Below, one piece after another: positions 40,904 through 50,187 of a stretch of 64,000 nt of DNA. The translations under genes and the position numbers were made by a program. Below the pieces are notes generated by a model. It ran no database searches, was not told the origin of the DNA, and saw only the letters and a list, made by a program, of their open reading frames with translations. The DNA comes from Treponemataceae bacterium. GTDB taxonomy: Bacteria > Spirochaetota > Spirochaetia > Treponematales > Rectinemataceae. The DNA lies in the NCBI GenBank assembly GCA_963678065.2, contig CAXXVZ010000003.1, positions 1,600,001 through 1,664,000 on the forward strand, read 5' to 3'. The stretch's first letter is position 1. Each line of letters starts with the position of its first letter.

Positions 40904-41794
40904 TCAGTTGAGGAGACTCGACGGATTCACCGCCCGGCCGTTCTTGAAAATGGAGAAGTGGACGTGCGGACCTGTAGTGTATCCGGTGTTCCCGACGTTG
41001 CCGATGCGCGTGCCGGCACGGACAGACTGTCCCGGCGTGACCGCTATGACGCTCATGTGACCGTAGAAGGTGGACCATCCGCCTGAGTGCTTGATCGCGA
41101 CGAATTTGCCCATGATGGGGGAATAGCCTGAGTCCGTCACGACGCCGTCGTTGGCTGCGACGAGGGTGGTGCCGATGGGGGCCGCTATGTCGAGTGCGTT
41201 GTGGTAGGTTTTCCTTCCGGTGAAGGGATCGTTGCGCCAGCCGAACCATTCCGTGACTTTGCCGCGGGCAGGCCAGCGGAACATATCGCCCGAGATCTCC
41301 TTGAGCTTGGAGACTGGCAGCTTGGCATCAGGAAGGAAAATGGTCTTCACCGAATCGAAGGCTTCGGACATGAGGTGATTCGTCTCGATGATCCGATTGG
41401 CCTCTATCTTGTAGTTTTCTGCGATCGCGGCGACGGTGTCACCCTTTTTCGTCTCGTACAGGATGCCCGTCATGTTGGGAATCTTGAGGAACTGGTCGGG
41501 TTGCAAGGATTTGGCCGCCTGGATGCCGTTGAAACTGACCACCGTGTCCAGGCTGACGTCGAAGTCATTCGCGATACCGCTGATCGTGTCGCCCTTCCCG
41601 ACCCGGTACACCGAATAGAACAGCCCTGGATCCTCTTCCGCAGGCACCTCGGCTTCGGTGAGGAGGATGCGACTCCGGGGATCCAGACTTCCGAGCGAAA
41701 TCCCGGGCGGAAGGATGGGGCCGAAACTCGATCCGATGAATCCGATAAGACAGAGAACCGTAAAAACCGTCTTCCGGAAGACGGAGCCGTTCAT
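40904..41794 (-). CDS. LysM-containing M23 family peptidase
   Basis: Two LysM repeats (YRVGKGDTISGIA, YETKKGDTVAAIA), HNALD and GPHVHF zinc motifs; start approximate. Confidence 0.9.
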   Translation of the reverse strand: MNGSVFRKTVFTVLCLIGFIGSSFGPILPPGISLGSLDPRSRILLTEAEVPAEEDPGLFYSVYRVGKGDTISGIANDFDVSLDTVVSFNGIQAAKSLQPDQFLKIPNMTGILYETKKGDTVAAIAENYKIEANRIIETNHLMSEAFDSVKTIFLPDAKLPVSKLKEISGDMFRWPARGKVTEWFGWRNDPFTGRKTYHNALDIAAPIGTTLVAANDGVVTDSGYSPIMGKFVAIKHSGGWSTFYGHMSVIAVTPGQSVRAGTRIGNVGNTGYTTGPHVHFSIFKNGRAVNPSSLLN

Positions 41795-42011
41795 ATGCAC
41801 GAGTATATGTTCTTTTCGCTGTCGTCTTTTTCTCAGGATCAAAACCGAAGTCCTTTCGTGACGGGATGCCGGAAAAGCGTCGTGGCTTTCGGCATTCCGC
41901 CGGGGGATGGCAGGACGTGGCATGACTGCCCGGAAACTGTCCCTACGGAGGGCAGTATATACCGGTGTCCGGAAAAAGCGCAACCTCTTTTTTTTGAGCC
42001 GGAAAGGCGCA

Positions 42012-43349
42012 TTAATGTATCGGCATTTCCTTCAAATTTCTTTCCATGATAGCAATTTTTTCATGATTTTTTTCGAGTACCAGCCGGAAATTTTTCCGGG
42101 CCGCCCTCCGAAAGACGGGGTAGAGGCCCTGATCCATCGAAAAGCGGAATTTCATGCAAAGGACGCGGAGAGCAGCATCGTCCAGTCTCGACTCGGGGAC
42201 CTTGCCCGAGCGCACGGCCCCGACGATGGCGTCGCGCACGGAAAACGCTCTGGCCGCCGAGCTCAGCATGATGAAGTCGGCCCCGGCGGACAGAGCCCGG
42301 ACGGCCGACTCTTCGGGCGGCATGATTCTGGCGAGAGCGCCCATGTAGAGGTCGTCGGTCAAGGCGATGCCGCGGAAACCGAGCCGCCCTTTGAGGAGAT
42401 TTTGAATCACCGCGGGCGAGATCGAAGAGGGCTCTTCTCCCGAAATGAACGGAAGGCGCACATGGGAGAGCATGACGGCGGCCACGGCCTTTCTCGCCGC
42501 CGAGGCGAATCTCGGGGCTATTTCCTTCCCGTATTGCTCTCTCGTGATGTCGAGGCTGCCCGGTCCCTTGTGAGGGTCCTCTCCTGAGTTGCCGGGAAAA
42601 TGTTTGGCGGTCGCCGCAACCCCTGGTTTGCCCGGGGCCCAGGATTGGAGCCCCTCGATGTAGGCTCCTGCCGTCCTGTCGACCAGACCGGGATCGCGTC
42701 CGTAGGAACGGCTCCCGAGGAAGGCTTCATTGTTGCTCGTCTTCACTTCGACCACGGGGGCCAGGACCATGTTGATGCCGAGGGCGCGGAGTTCGGAGGC
42801 GGCGACGAGTCCGAGGGTATGCGCGTACTGCGGAGGACGCGCGCCGACCGTCTCGGCAGCGGGTATGACGGTGAGGCTCTGGCCGAAACGGAACACAACC
42901 CCGCCTTCGTGGTCGATGGCCACGGCGAGGGGTATACCTTTCTGCGCCCCTGAGTCCTGGACGGCATCGACAAATTCCCCGAGCTCAAGAGGATCTTCGG
43001 GCACGTTGAACCCGAAAAGGAGGATGCCGCCCGGCCTCAGCGAAGCGAGGATTTTCGCGGAAGACTCAGGGAGGAGGGATTTCCCCGGAATGGACACCAT
43101 GAGGACCTGCGAAGCCTTCTCCGCGAGCGAGAGCCGGGAGAGGGCGCTCAGCGCTTCTGAAAAACGGTAGCTCCGGGGTGGAGACCCGAGGCAAAAAAGA
43201 TCGCAAGGGGCGACGGCGGGGAGAACGGCCAAGCAGGCGAACAGCAGGGCGAGAATGCGCGACGCTACGCCGGCGGACAGATTCCGGATGGAAGCGCGGA
43301 TTCCGGAGAGGAAGGACTGGCAGGGGGCGCCACACATCTTCGTCGCCAT
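42012..43349 (-). CDS. nagZ: GH3 beta-N-acetylhexosaminidase-like protein
   Basis: IDHEGG, APVV, RSYG, KHFPG..DPH, TDDLYMGA. Confidence 0.8.
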   Translation of the reverse strand: MATKMCGAPCQSFLSGIRASIRNLSAGVASRILALLFACLAVLPAVAPCDLFCLGSPPRSYRFSEALSALSRLSLAEKASQVLMVSIPGKSLLPESSAKILASLRPGGILLFGFNVPEDPLELGEFVDAVQDSGAQKGIPLAVAIDHEGGVVFRFGQSLTVIPAAETVGARPPQYAHTLGLVAASELRALGINMVLAPVVEVKTSNNEAFLGSRSYGRDPGLVDRTAGAYIEGLQSWAPGKPGVAATAKHFPGNSGEDPHKGPGSLDITREQYGKEIAPRFASAARKAVAAVMLSHVRLPFISGEEPSSISPAVIQNLLKGRLGFRGIALTDDLYMGALARIMPPEESAVRALSAGADFIMLSSAARAFSVRDAIVGAVRSGKVPESRLDDAALRVLCMKFRFSMDQGLYPVFRRAARKNFRLVLEKNHEKIAIMERNLKEMPIH

Positions 43350-43428
43350 GAGCGGATTGTACTTCGCAGAAAGATCGGTGGCTATGCTTTTTGCCTGCCC
43401 TCAGGCTATAGTTTGCTCCGGAGATCCC

Positions 43429-44583
43429 ATGAAAGCCACTGTATCCCTTCTGCGCTGCGCCGATTATGGGCAGCGGAACCTCGATGCGATTGTAGCCGCA
43501 TCGGCCGAAGCCGCGCTCATGCCCGAGGTCAGAGGCGCCGCGGTTCTTGTAAAGCCGAACCTCCTCAACGGGGTCGATCCGGAGCGCGCCGTGACCACCA
43601 ACCCGGCGTTCCTGGCCGCGGTCGTCCGCCACCTCAGAGCTTCGGGCGCTTCCCGCGTTCTCGTGGGGGACTCCCCTTCCTGGCAGTCACAGAACGCAGT
43701 CGGCAAGAAGACCGGGATCAGGGATGCCGCCGAATCGTCGGGGGCCGAATGGGTGGACTTCTCGGAGGGCGTCGAGCTTCCTTGCCCAGAAGGCAGGCTC
43801 GTCAAATCCTTCGTCATCGCGAAGCCTTTCCTCGACGCGGACCTCCTCTTCGACCTTCCCAAACTGAAGACCCACATGCTCACCTACTACACGGGGGCGA
43901 TGAAGAACCTTTTCGGACTCGTGCCGGGATTAGCGAAGAGCGCCTGGCACATGCGCTTTCCGGGAAGGGCGGAATTCAGCGCGATGCTCGTCGACCTCGC
44001 CTCCCTCGCGCGGCCGGAGTTCACCTTCATGGACGCCGTCGTCGCCATGGAAGGGCCCGGCCCGAACAACGGAAGACCAAAGCAGCTGGGGCTTGTCCTC
44101 GCCTCGAAAGACCCGCTCGCCCTCGACAGGACGGCGGCGCGCGTCATAGGCTATGATCCCGATTCGATCGTCCACCTCGCGGATGCTTCCAGGCGGGGAA
44201 TATGGGTCGGCGGCGACACAGAGATCGAACTCGCGGGACTTCGCCTCGATGAGGCGCGGGCAGATTCCTTCGACCTCGTAAAACAGGCACGGGAGGGCAC
44301 TCCCTTCTCGAAAATTTTGCCTAAAGGCTTGCACGGGCTCCTCCGGGATCTCTCGGTCGCGCGCCCTGTCTTCGACCGACAGACCTGCCGGCTCTGCTCC
44401 GCCTGCGTCAAGATATGCCCGGCGAAAGCTCTCTCCATCGAGGGCGCGAAGCGGCACGTCTCCATCGATTACAGGAAGTGTATCCGCTGTTATTGCTGTC
44501 ACGAAGCCTGCCCCTACGATGCCATCAGGCTCGTGAAGAGGCCGAGGCTCGGTGGAGGCAGGGCGGGCAAGGAGGGTCTGTGA
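43429..44583 (+). CDS. DUF362 protein with two 4Fe-4S ferredoxin motifs
   Basis: VLVKPNLL, PKLKTH, GAMKNLFG, MEGPGP; CRLCSACVKICP and CIRCYCCHEACP. Confidence 0.88.
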   Translation: MKATVSLLRCADYGQRNLDAIVAASAEAALMPEVRGAAVLVKPNLLNGVDPERAVTTNPAFLAAVVRHLRASGASRVLVGDSPSWQSQNAVGKKTGIRDAAESSGAEWVDFSEGVELPCPEGRLVKSFVIAKPFLDADLLFDLPKLKTHMLTYYTGAMKNLFGLVPGLAKSAWHMRFPGRAEFSAMLVDLASLARPEFTFMDAVVAMEGPGPNNGRPKQLGLVLASKDPLALDRTAARVIGYDPDSIVHLADASRRGIWVGGDTEIELAGLRLDEARADSFDLVKQAREGTPFSKILPKGLHGLLRDLSVARPVFDRQTCRLCSACVKICPAKALSIEGAKRHVSIDYRKCIRCYCCHEACPYDAIRLVKRPRLGGGRAGKEGL

Positions 44584-46247
44584 TGGACGGCGATTCCGGA
44601 GACTCAGGAAAAACCATCTTCGACGGAAGCTTTTCGCCGCAATTCGGTCCGAATGACGGCCGCTGGAAGCGGCTCGACATGGATCCGCCCGCGACTTCTC
44701 CAACAGGAGGTCTCACGCTCCGGGAAGAAGACCTGCAAACACTCGCGGAGTTCGCGTTCTCGGAGATCGCCTTCCGGATGCCGCCCCATCAGCTCGAGGG
44801 CTTCGCCTCCATCCTCCGCGATCATCGGACGACGGAGGCCGAAAAGTATGTCGCCGCGGCCCTGATACGGAACGCGGCGGTCGCGGCGGAGGGGATACTG
44901 CCACTCTGTCAGGACACCGGCACGGCCCTCGTCTACGGCTGGCTCGGGGAAAATGTGCGCATACGCGTATCCACGGCATCCCCCGCCGGCGACGCGCGGG
45001 GAGCCGCATTCTGTTCCGGGACGGCGGCAATCCGGGCCGGGGCGGCCGCGGCATACCGGCGGCATCTGCTGCGTTCCTCCCAAAAAGGTCCCGTCGGTAT
45101 GTTCGACGAGGCAGTGACGGCCGACAACACACCCGCCGCCATCGACATGCGCCGGGTAGCCGGGGAGACCTGCCGCTTCTGCTTTGTCGCCAAGGGCGGC
45201 GGATCGGCCAACCGCACGAGTTTTTCGATGGAATCCCCCGCCCTCCTCAAGCCGGAGCTCTTCCGGGCCGCGCTCGCCGCCCGCATCTCAGGACTCGGAG
45301 CATCAGGCTGCCCGCCTTACCGTATCGCCGCGGTGCTGGGTGGATTGACTCCCTCCCAGACCCTCTACACGCTCGAGCTCGCCGCCTTGGGCCTTCTGGA
45401 CGATCTTCCGGCGGCGGGAGCCGGGGATGGGAGTCCCTACCGCGACAGGGAATGGGAGCGGGTCATGATGGAGTTCGCCGCCGGCACGGGCGTCGGAGCC
45501 CAGTTCGGCGGTTCCGCGCTGGCCATGGACAGCCGCTCCATCAGGCTGCCGCGGCATGCCGCGAGCCTTCCCTTCGCGGTGGGTGTTTCCTGCTCGGCCC
45601 ACAGGGCATTGAGGGCGCTCGTCTCGAAAGAGGGCTGGTTCGTCGAGGCGATGGAGGAGGACCCGGGCCGCTTCCTGCCTCCGGAACTGCCTGTCCTGCC
45701 CCAAGCCCCTGTCGTCGACCTGAACCGTCCCCTGCGCACCGTGGCGGATGAGCTTTCGGCCAAGCCCGCCGGCAGTTTCGTGCTTCTGTCGGGGACGGTG
45801 CTGCTCGCCCGCGACGCGGCCCACGCCCGGTTCAGAGCCATTGTGGAAGGGGGCGGCGAACTCCCTCCCTATCTCGCGAAGTATCCCATCTTCTACGCCG
45901 GCCCCACGGAGGCCGCCGCCGGAATGGCCTCCGGCTCTTTCGGTCCGACCACGGCGGGGCGCATGGACAGTTTTCTCGATATCCTCATGGATCGCGGGGC
46001 GGCTCTCGTAAGCATCGCGAAGGGTGGCCGCAGTAAAAAGGCGACCGAGGTCATCGCGTCCCATCGCGGCGCCTACCTCGCCTGCATAGGCGGGGCCGCG
46101 GCCCTCGCCGCGCGAGACCACGTCGCCGAGTCACGGGTGATCGACTTCCCGGAACTCGGCATGGAGGCGGTCCGCCTCGTCAGGCTGGACTCGCTCCCCG
46201 CCATGGTCGTCGTCGACGGCGAGGGAAGGGATTTCTATGCCCGATAG
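44583..46247 (+). CDS. Fumarate hydratase class I (Fe-S), divergent
   Basis: PLCQDTG, KGGGSAN, GCPPY, GAQFGG, VSCSAHR, GPTTAGRMD, ELGMEA. Confidence 0.87.
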   Translation: MDGDSGDSGKTIFDGSFSPQFGPNDGRWKRLDMDPPATSPTGGLTLREEDLQTLAEFAFSEIAFRMPPHQLEGFASILRDHRTTEAEKYVAAALIRNAAVAAEGILPLCQDTGTALVYGWLGENVRIRVSTASPAGDARGAAFCSGTAAIRAGAAAAYRRHLLRSSQKGPVGMFDEAVTADNTPAAIDMRRVAGETCRFCFVAKGGGSANRTSFSMESPALLKPELFRAALAARISGLGASGCPPYRIAAVLGGLTPSQTLYTLELAALGLLDDLPAAGAGDGSPYRDREWERVMMEFAAGTGVGAQFGGSALAMDSRSIRLPRHAASLPFAVGVSCSAHRALRALVSKEGWFVEAMEEDPGRFLPPELPVLPQAPVVDLNRPLRTVADELSAKPAGSFVLLSGTVLLARDAAHARFRAIVEGGGELPPYLAKYPIFYAGPTEAAAGMASGSFGPTTAGRMDSFLDILMDRGAALVSIAKGGRSKKATEVIASHRGAYLACIGGAAALAARDHVAESRVIDFPELGMEAVRLVRLDSLPAMVVVDGEGRDFYAR

Positions 46248-46262
46248 ACTGAGTCTATGCGG

Positions 46263-47321
46263 TTATGGATACAGGTGGACGATGTGATGGCCCGCTGCAG
46301 CGGTTGATGGATCCGCCAGACACTCGAGAACCTCGAGCACATGCAGACAGAGCTCTCCCGAGGCCCGGTAGGGAAGGCCGCGTACGATCGATTCGGCCAT
46401 ATCTATTACGCCCATGCCTCGCAGATTAGCCGACCAGCGGGGCCCCGCAGGTACTTCCTCCCATTCCTTCTGCCCCGATCGACGACAGAGGACAGTACCG
46501 CCGAAGTACACGGGGTCGGGCACAATGATAGTCCCCTCAGTGCCCCAGATCTCTATCGGCGACGCGCGCGTGGCCTGGACATCGAAACTCATCGTCGCGC
46601 TCACGGCAGCGCCGGAGACGAATCGCAGGATTCCCACCGCGTGCGTCTGAACTTCCACCGCTATGGGCTTCCCTGCGTCCGGACCGGAACCCACGACGCG
46701 CCGGGTGGTCATCATCCGTGTCGCGCCGAATACTCCCGCCACGGGTCCCAGCAGTGTGACGAGCGCGGCGATGAAGTACGGGCCGCGGTCAAGCACAGGG
46801 CCCCCTCCGCGCGCATAGAATATCGACGGATTCGGGTGCCAGCCTTCGGGTCCGGGCGAAAGCGCATTCGCATAGCCGCCGACGATTTCGCCTATCGCGC
46901 CCTCTCCGATGATGCGCGCACAGATCGATATGCCTCCCCCCATGAAGGTGTCGGGAGCGCCGCCGAGGTGGAGCCCCCGGGAGCGGGCGGCCTGAACCAC
47001 GCGTTCCGCGTCGGACAAGGTCGCCGCGAGAGGTTTTTCGGAGTAGACATGCTTGCCCGCCGCGAGCGCCGCCATCGACAGCTCCGCGTGAGCGAGCGGA
47101 GGAGTGAGGTTCACCACAAGGTCTATCGTGGGGTCGGCGATGAGTTCCTCCACCCTCTCGGCGCGGATTCCGAACCGTGCGGCTGAGGCCTCGGCCTTGC
47201 AAAGATCGGCGTCGGCGCAGGCGACGAGCCGCAGAGCTCCTCCGGACTGCGCGAGGTTGGCAAGGTACACGGCCGAAATGGCACCGCAACCCACAACGCC
47301 GACCGCCAGGCTCTCCCTCAT
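46263..47321 (-). CDS. Gfo/Idh/MocA family oxidoreductase
   Basis: GVVGCGAIS, GKHVYSEKP, GAPDTF, GGGPVLDRGPY. Confidence 0.92.
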   Translation of the reverse strand: MRESLAVGVVGCGAISAVYLANLAQSGGALRLVACADADLCKAEASAARFGIRAERVEELIADPTIDLVVNLTPPLAHAELSMAALAAGKHVYSEKPLAATLSDAERVVQAARSRGLHLGGAPDTFMGGGISICARIIGEGAIGEIVGGYANALSPGPEGWHPNPSIFYARGGGPVLDRGPYFIAALVTLLGPVAGVFGATRMMTTRRVVGSGPDAGKPIAVEVQTHAVGILRFVSGAAVSATMSFDVQATRASPIEIWGTEGTIIVPDPVYFGGTVLCRRSGQKEWEEVPAGPRWSANLRGMGVIDMAESIVRGLPYRASGELCLHVLEVLECLADPSTAAAGHHIVHLYP

Positions 47322-47336
47322 GCCGTCCGACCGGTA

Positions 47337-48296
47337 TCAGACCTGAGCCATGTAGCGCTTGGTGGAGAGCGGGTGCTCTCTGAGCTCCGAAAGCCGTCGG
47401 TTGAAGAGCTCGAGGACATTGCTGAACACAGCGAATCCGAAATACTCGCGGACAGATTCGGGCAGCTCCAGAAGCCCGAGTTCGCCTGAGTCCAACAACA
47501 GACACCGATCCGTATGCGCGCGGATAAAATCGCAGGCCTCCCGCTCCGCATCGCCCGACGCGCCGGGATTCGCGAGGACGATGAAGGTCGCGTCGCCGTC
47601 GACGATTTCTATCGGCCCGTGGCGGAATTCGCCGCTGTGCATCAGCCCTGCGTGGATCCACAGGGACTGCAGGAGCGCGATCACTTCGTTGTAGGCGGCC
47701 CCGTAGCTGGCTCCTCCTCCGACGACATAGTACTGATGGGATTCGCGGTTCCGCCCGGCGAAGTCGCGGACGGCTCCGCAGGAAGCCTCGCGTGCGCGCG
47801 CCACTATCGGGTCGATCGATTCAAAGGCCTCCGCGAACTCGCTGTACTGCGAGTAGCCACAGGCGCGACGGGCGATCTCGACGGCGAGCCGGAGCGCGCA
47901 TGCGGATTTTTCGAGGCCAGGGTGCCGGTCGGGCCCCCACTCGTATTTGATGACGCCGTCGCTTTTGTCGCCCAGGGCGCTGCCATCTTTATAGATCAGA
48001 CTCGCCACATGCGCGCCGCGATTCTTCGCCGCGGATGCCGCCGCGACGACCTCCTGAGTGTTTCCCGAGTGGGAGTTCGCCACGAGAAGAGATGAGGCGT
48101 TCAGCCCTGCCGGTGGAGCGGACGCGAACTCGCGCGCGTTCTCCCAGAACGAGGAAATGGTCGACACCTGTCTGCGCAGGAAATAGTGAGCCGGGTGCAT
48201 GGCCCCGAGCGATTGCCCACAGCCCGTCCAGTACACCGATCCAAGTCCCTCCGCCGATTCGGCGGCGATTCTCTCGATTGTCTGTTTGATAGACAT
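47337..48296 (-). CDS. SIS-domain protein, FrlB/FraB deglycase-like
   Basis: GCGQS, SHSGNTQE, HSGEFRHGPIEI, C-terminal HPLSTKRYM. Confidence 0.87.
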   Translation of the reverse strand: MSIKQTIERIAAESAEGLGSVYWTGCGQSLGAMHPAHYFLRRQVSTISSFWENAREFASAPPAGLNASSLLVANSHSGNTQEVVAAASAAKNRGAHVASLIYKDGSALGDKSDGVIKYEWGPDRHPGLEKSACALRLAVEIARRACGYSQYSEFAEAFESIDPIVARAREASCGAVRDFAGRNRESHQYYVVGGGASYGAAYNEVIALLQSLWIHAGLMHSGEFRHGPIEIVDGDATFIVLANPGASGDAEREACDFIRAHTDRCLLLDSGELGLLELPESVREYFGFAVFSNVLELFNRRLSELREHPLSTKRYMAQV

Positions 48297-48334
48297 ACAA
48301 CTCCCTCCCCGAAAATCAGTAGCTGTGGCAAGTC

Positions 48335-48389
48335 GACGGAACCGGAATCCATGCCCGGGAACACCCGAACATGGCGGAACCGTTCCGTC
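48335..48389. other. Long imperfect intra-operon stem-loop
   Basis: GACGGAAC...CCATG...CATGG...GTTCCGTC nested inverted repeats. Confidence 0.5.
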
Positions 48390-49224
48390 ACTTCGAGTAA
48401 CCCATCCGTATTCCCGCGAGGAAATACCGCTGCAAAAAAATGAATATCAGCAGCGGCCCTACGGCCGCGACGAGGGCGCTCGCCGCCTCGCCGTTCCAGT
48501 CGAACACGAACCGCCCGACCGTGCTTGTGATGCCGATCATCACAGGCTGTATCCGAGGACTCTGCGTGATGGTCAGACTCCAGAACAGATCGTTCCAGAT
48601 CCACGCGAACTGGAATATCCCCACGCTCATGATCGCCGATTTCGCCATTGGCACGATGATCTTCCACATGATTCTGAGTTCCCGTGCCCCATCGATCACC
48701 GCCGCCTCCACGACGCCCTGCTCTATCGACTGGAAGAATTTGGTGAGCACGAAGGTCGCGAAGGGCAGCGAGTAGGCTATATGCGCGACGATCAGCCCGC
48801 CGAATGTGTCGTAGAGCCCTATTCTCTGCAGAAGGATGTAGACGGGGACGAGAAAAGTCTGAGCGGGGAACCAGAGACCCGCGAAAATGAGCATGATGAC
48901 AAAATTCTTCAGCCGGAACCTGAAACGCATGAACGCGTATGCGGCCAGAGATCCCAGAAGGAGCGCTCCCAGCACGGAAGGGATCGTCACTATCACAGAA
49001 TTTCGCAAATAGATTCCTATCTTGTTGTACGTGAACGACTTGATAAAACCGTCGAAATTTATCCTCAGGGGAATCGAGAATATGCCCCGGGCCATGATCT
49101 CTTCGTTGGACTTGAAGGCCATGAGGATGCAGGCGACCATCGGCAGCGAAAACACGACGGCGAAGGCGACGAGCAGCGCCTTCACGAGCGTCCTGGCGAA
49201 AATATTCGTTGCGTCTCTCGTCAA
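48388..49224 (-). CDS. Carbohydrate ABC transporter permease (MalG-like)
   Basis: VEAAVIDGA, WNDLFW; TTG start overlapping upstream TGA with AAGGAGG RBS. Confidence 0.9.
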   Translation of the reverse strand: MTRDATNIFARTLVKALLVAFAVVFSLPMVACILMAFKSNEEIMARGIFSIPLRINFDGFIKSFTYNKIGIYLRNSVIVTIPSVLGALLLGSLAAYAFMRFRFRLKNFVIMLIFAGLWFPAQTFLVPVYILLQRIGLYDTFGGLIVAHIAYSLPFATFVLTKFFQSIEQGVVEAAVIDGARELRIMWKIIVPMAKSAIMSVGIFQFAWIWNDLFWSLTITQSPRIQPVMIGITSTVGRFVFDWNGEAASALVAAVGPLLIFIFLQRYFLAGIRMGYSK

Positions 49225-50111
49225 AATTGAATCCCTCCTTTCCTCGACTGCCACCGCTGGTAGGGAACGACGAGGAGGAACGCAAACAGGAACTGGATCA
49301 CGGAGACCGCGGAGGACTGTCCGATCTTGAACTGGGAGAACAGTTTCCACACGAGCGTGCTCAGCACGTCGTCCTTGTAATACCCGCCGGACATGAGAAA
49401 CACCAAATCGAATATCTTCACCGACAAGACCAGTCCGATGGAGATGCAGATCTGCGTGGCGTGGTTGACCATGGGCAGGACGATGAAGCGGACTTCCTGC
49501 ATAGTGGTGGCGCCATCGATAGCCGCCGCGTCGAAGAGTTCCTCGGGTATCTCTTTGATCGCCGAAAGGTAGAGCACGAGCGGAAAGCCGATCCAGTGCC
49601 AGATCCCGACGCACACGATGGCGATGATGGAGGTTGACGCGTTCGTAAGGAAGCTTCTCACGGGCGGCACGAGCCCGAGAAATCTGCAAGCTTCAGCTAT
49701 GACACCGCGGCTGGGCTCGTAGACCCAGGCCCAGATGATGGACATCACCGAGAAGGCGAGGATCATCGGGACGTAGAACACCGTCCTCAAGGCGATGTTG
49801 ATTGCGCTGTTCCTCTGGAGGAGGTAGGCGAGCACAAAACCCAAGGCCATGGGAACAGGCACGAAAAACAGCATCCAGAGTACATTGTTCTTGAGGGCGA
49901 CAAGCATTTTCTCGTCGGAGAAAAAACGCGCGTAGTTCTCGAACCCCACGAAGACTTTTCGTGGATTCAGTCCATCCCACGAAAAGAAACTTATGAGTGT
50001 GGAGTAGACAACAGGGTACACGATGAATACGACATACAGCGCCAGGGGAAGAGCGAGGAATGCCCAGGGTGTCAGCGCCCTCAACACCCTTCTGCCCGTG
50101 ACAGGCTTCAT
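49221..50111 (-). CDS. Carbohydrate ABC transporter permease (MalF-like)
   Basis: FVGFENY, EIPEELFDAAAIDGA, KIFDLVF. Confidence 0.92.
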   Translation of the reverse strand: MKPVTGRRVLRALTPWAFLALPLALYVVFIVYPVVYSTLISFFSWDGLNPRKVFVGFENYARFFSDEKMLVALKNNVLWMLFFVPVPMALGFVLAYLLQRNSAINIALRTVFYVPMILAFSVMSIIWAWVYEPSRGVIAEACRFLGLVPPVRSFLTNASTSIIAIVCVGIWHWIGFPLVLYLSAIKEIPEELFDAAAIDGATTMQEVRFIVLPMVNHATQICISIGLVLSVKIFDLVFLMSGGYYKDDVLSTLVWKLFSQFKIGQSSAVSVIQFLFAFLLVVPYQRWQSRKGGIQF

Positions 50112-50187
50112 TGTTCCTCCATTCGGATCACCGCCTCGGGTGTCCTTGAGTCTCGCGTCTTGCCGGTGCGGCCACGGTTGTCCACGA

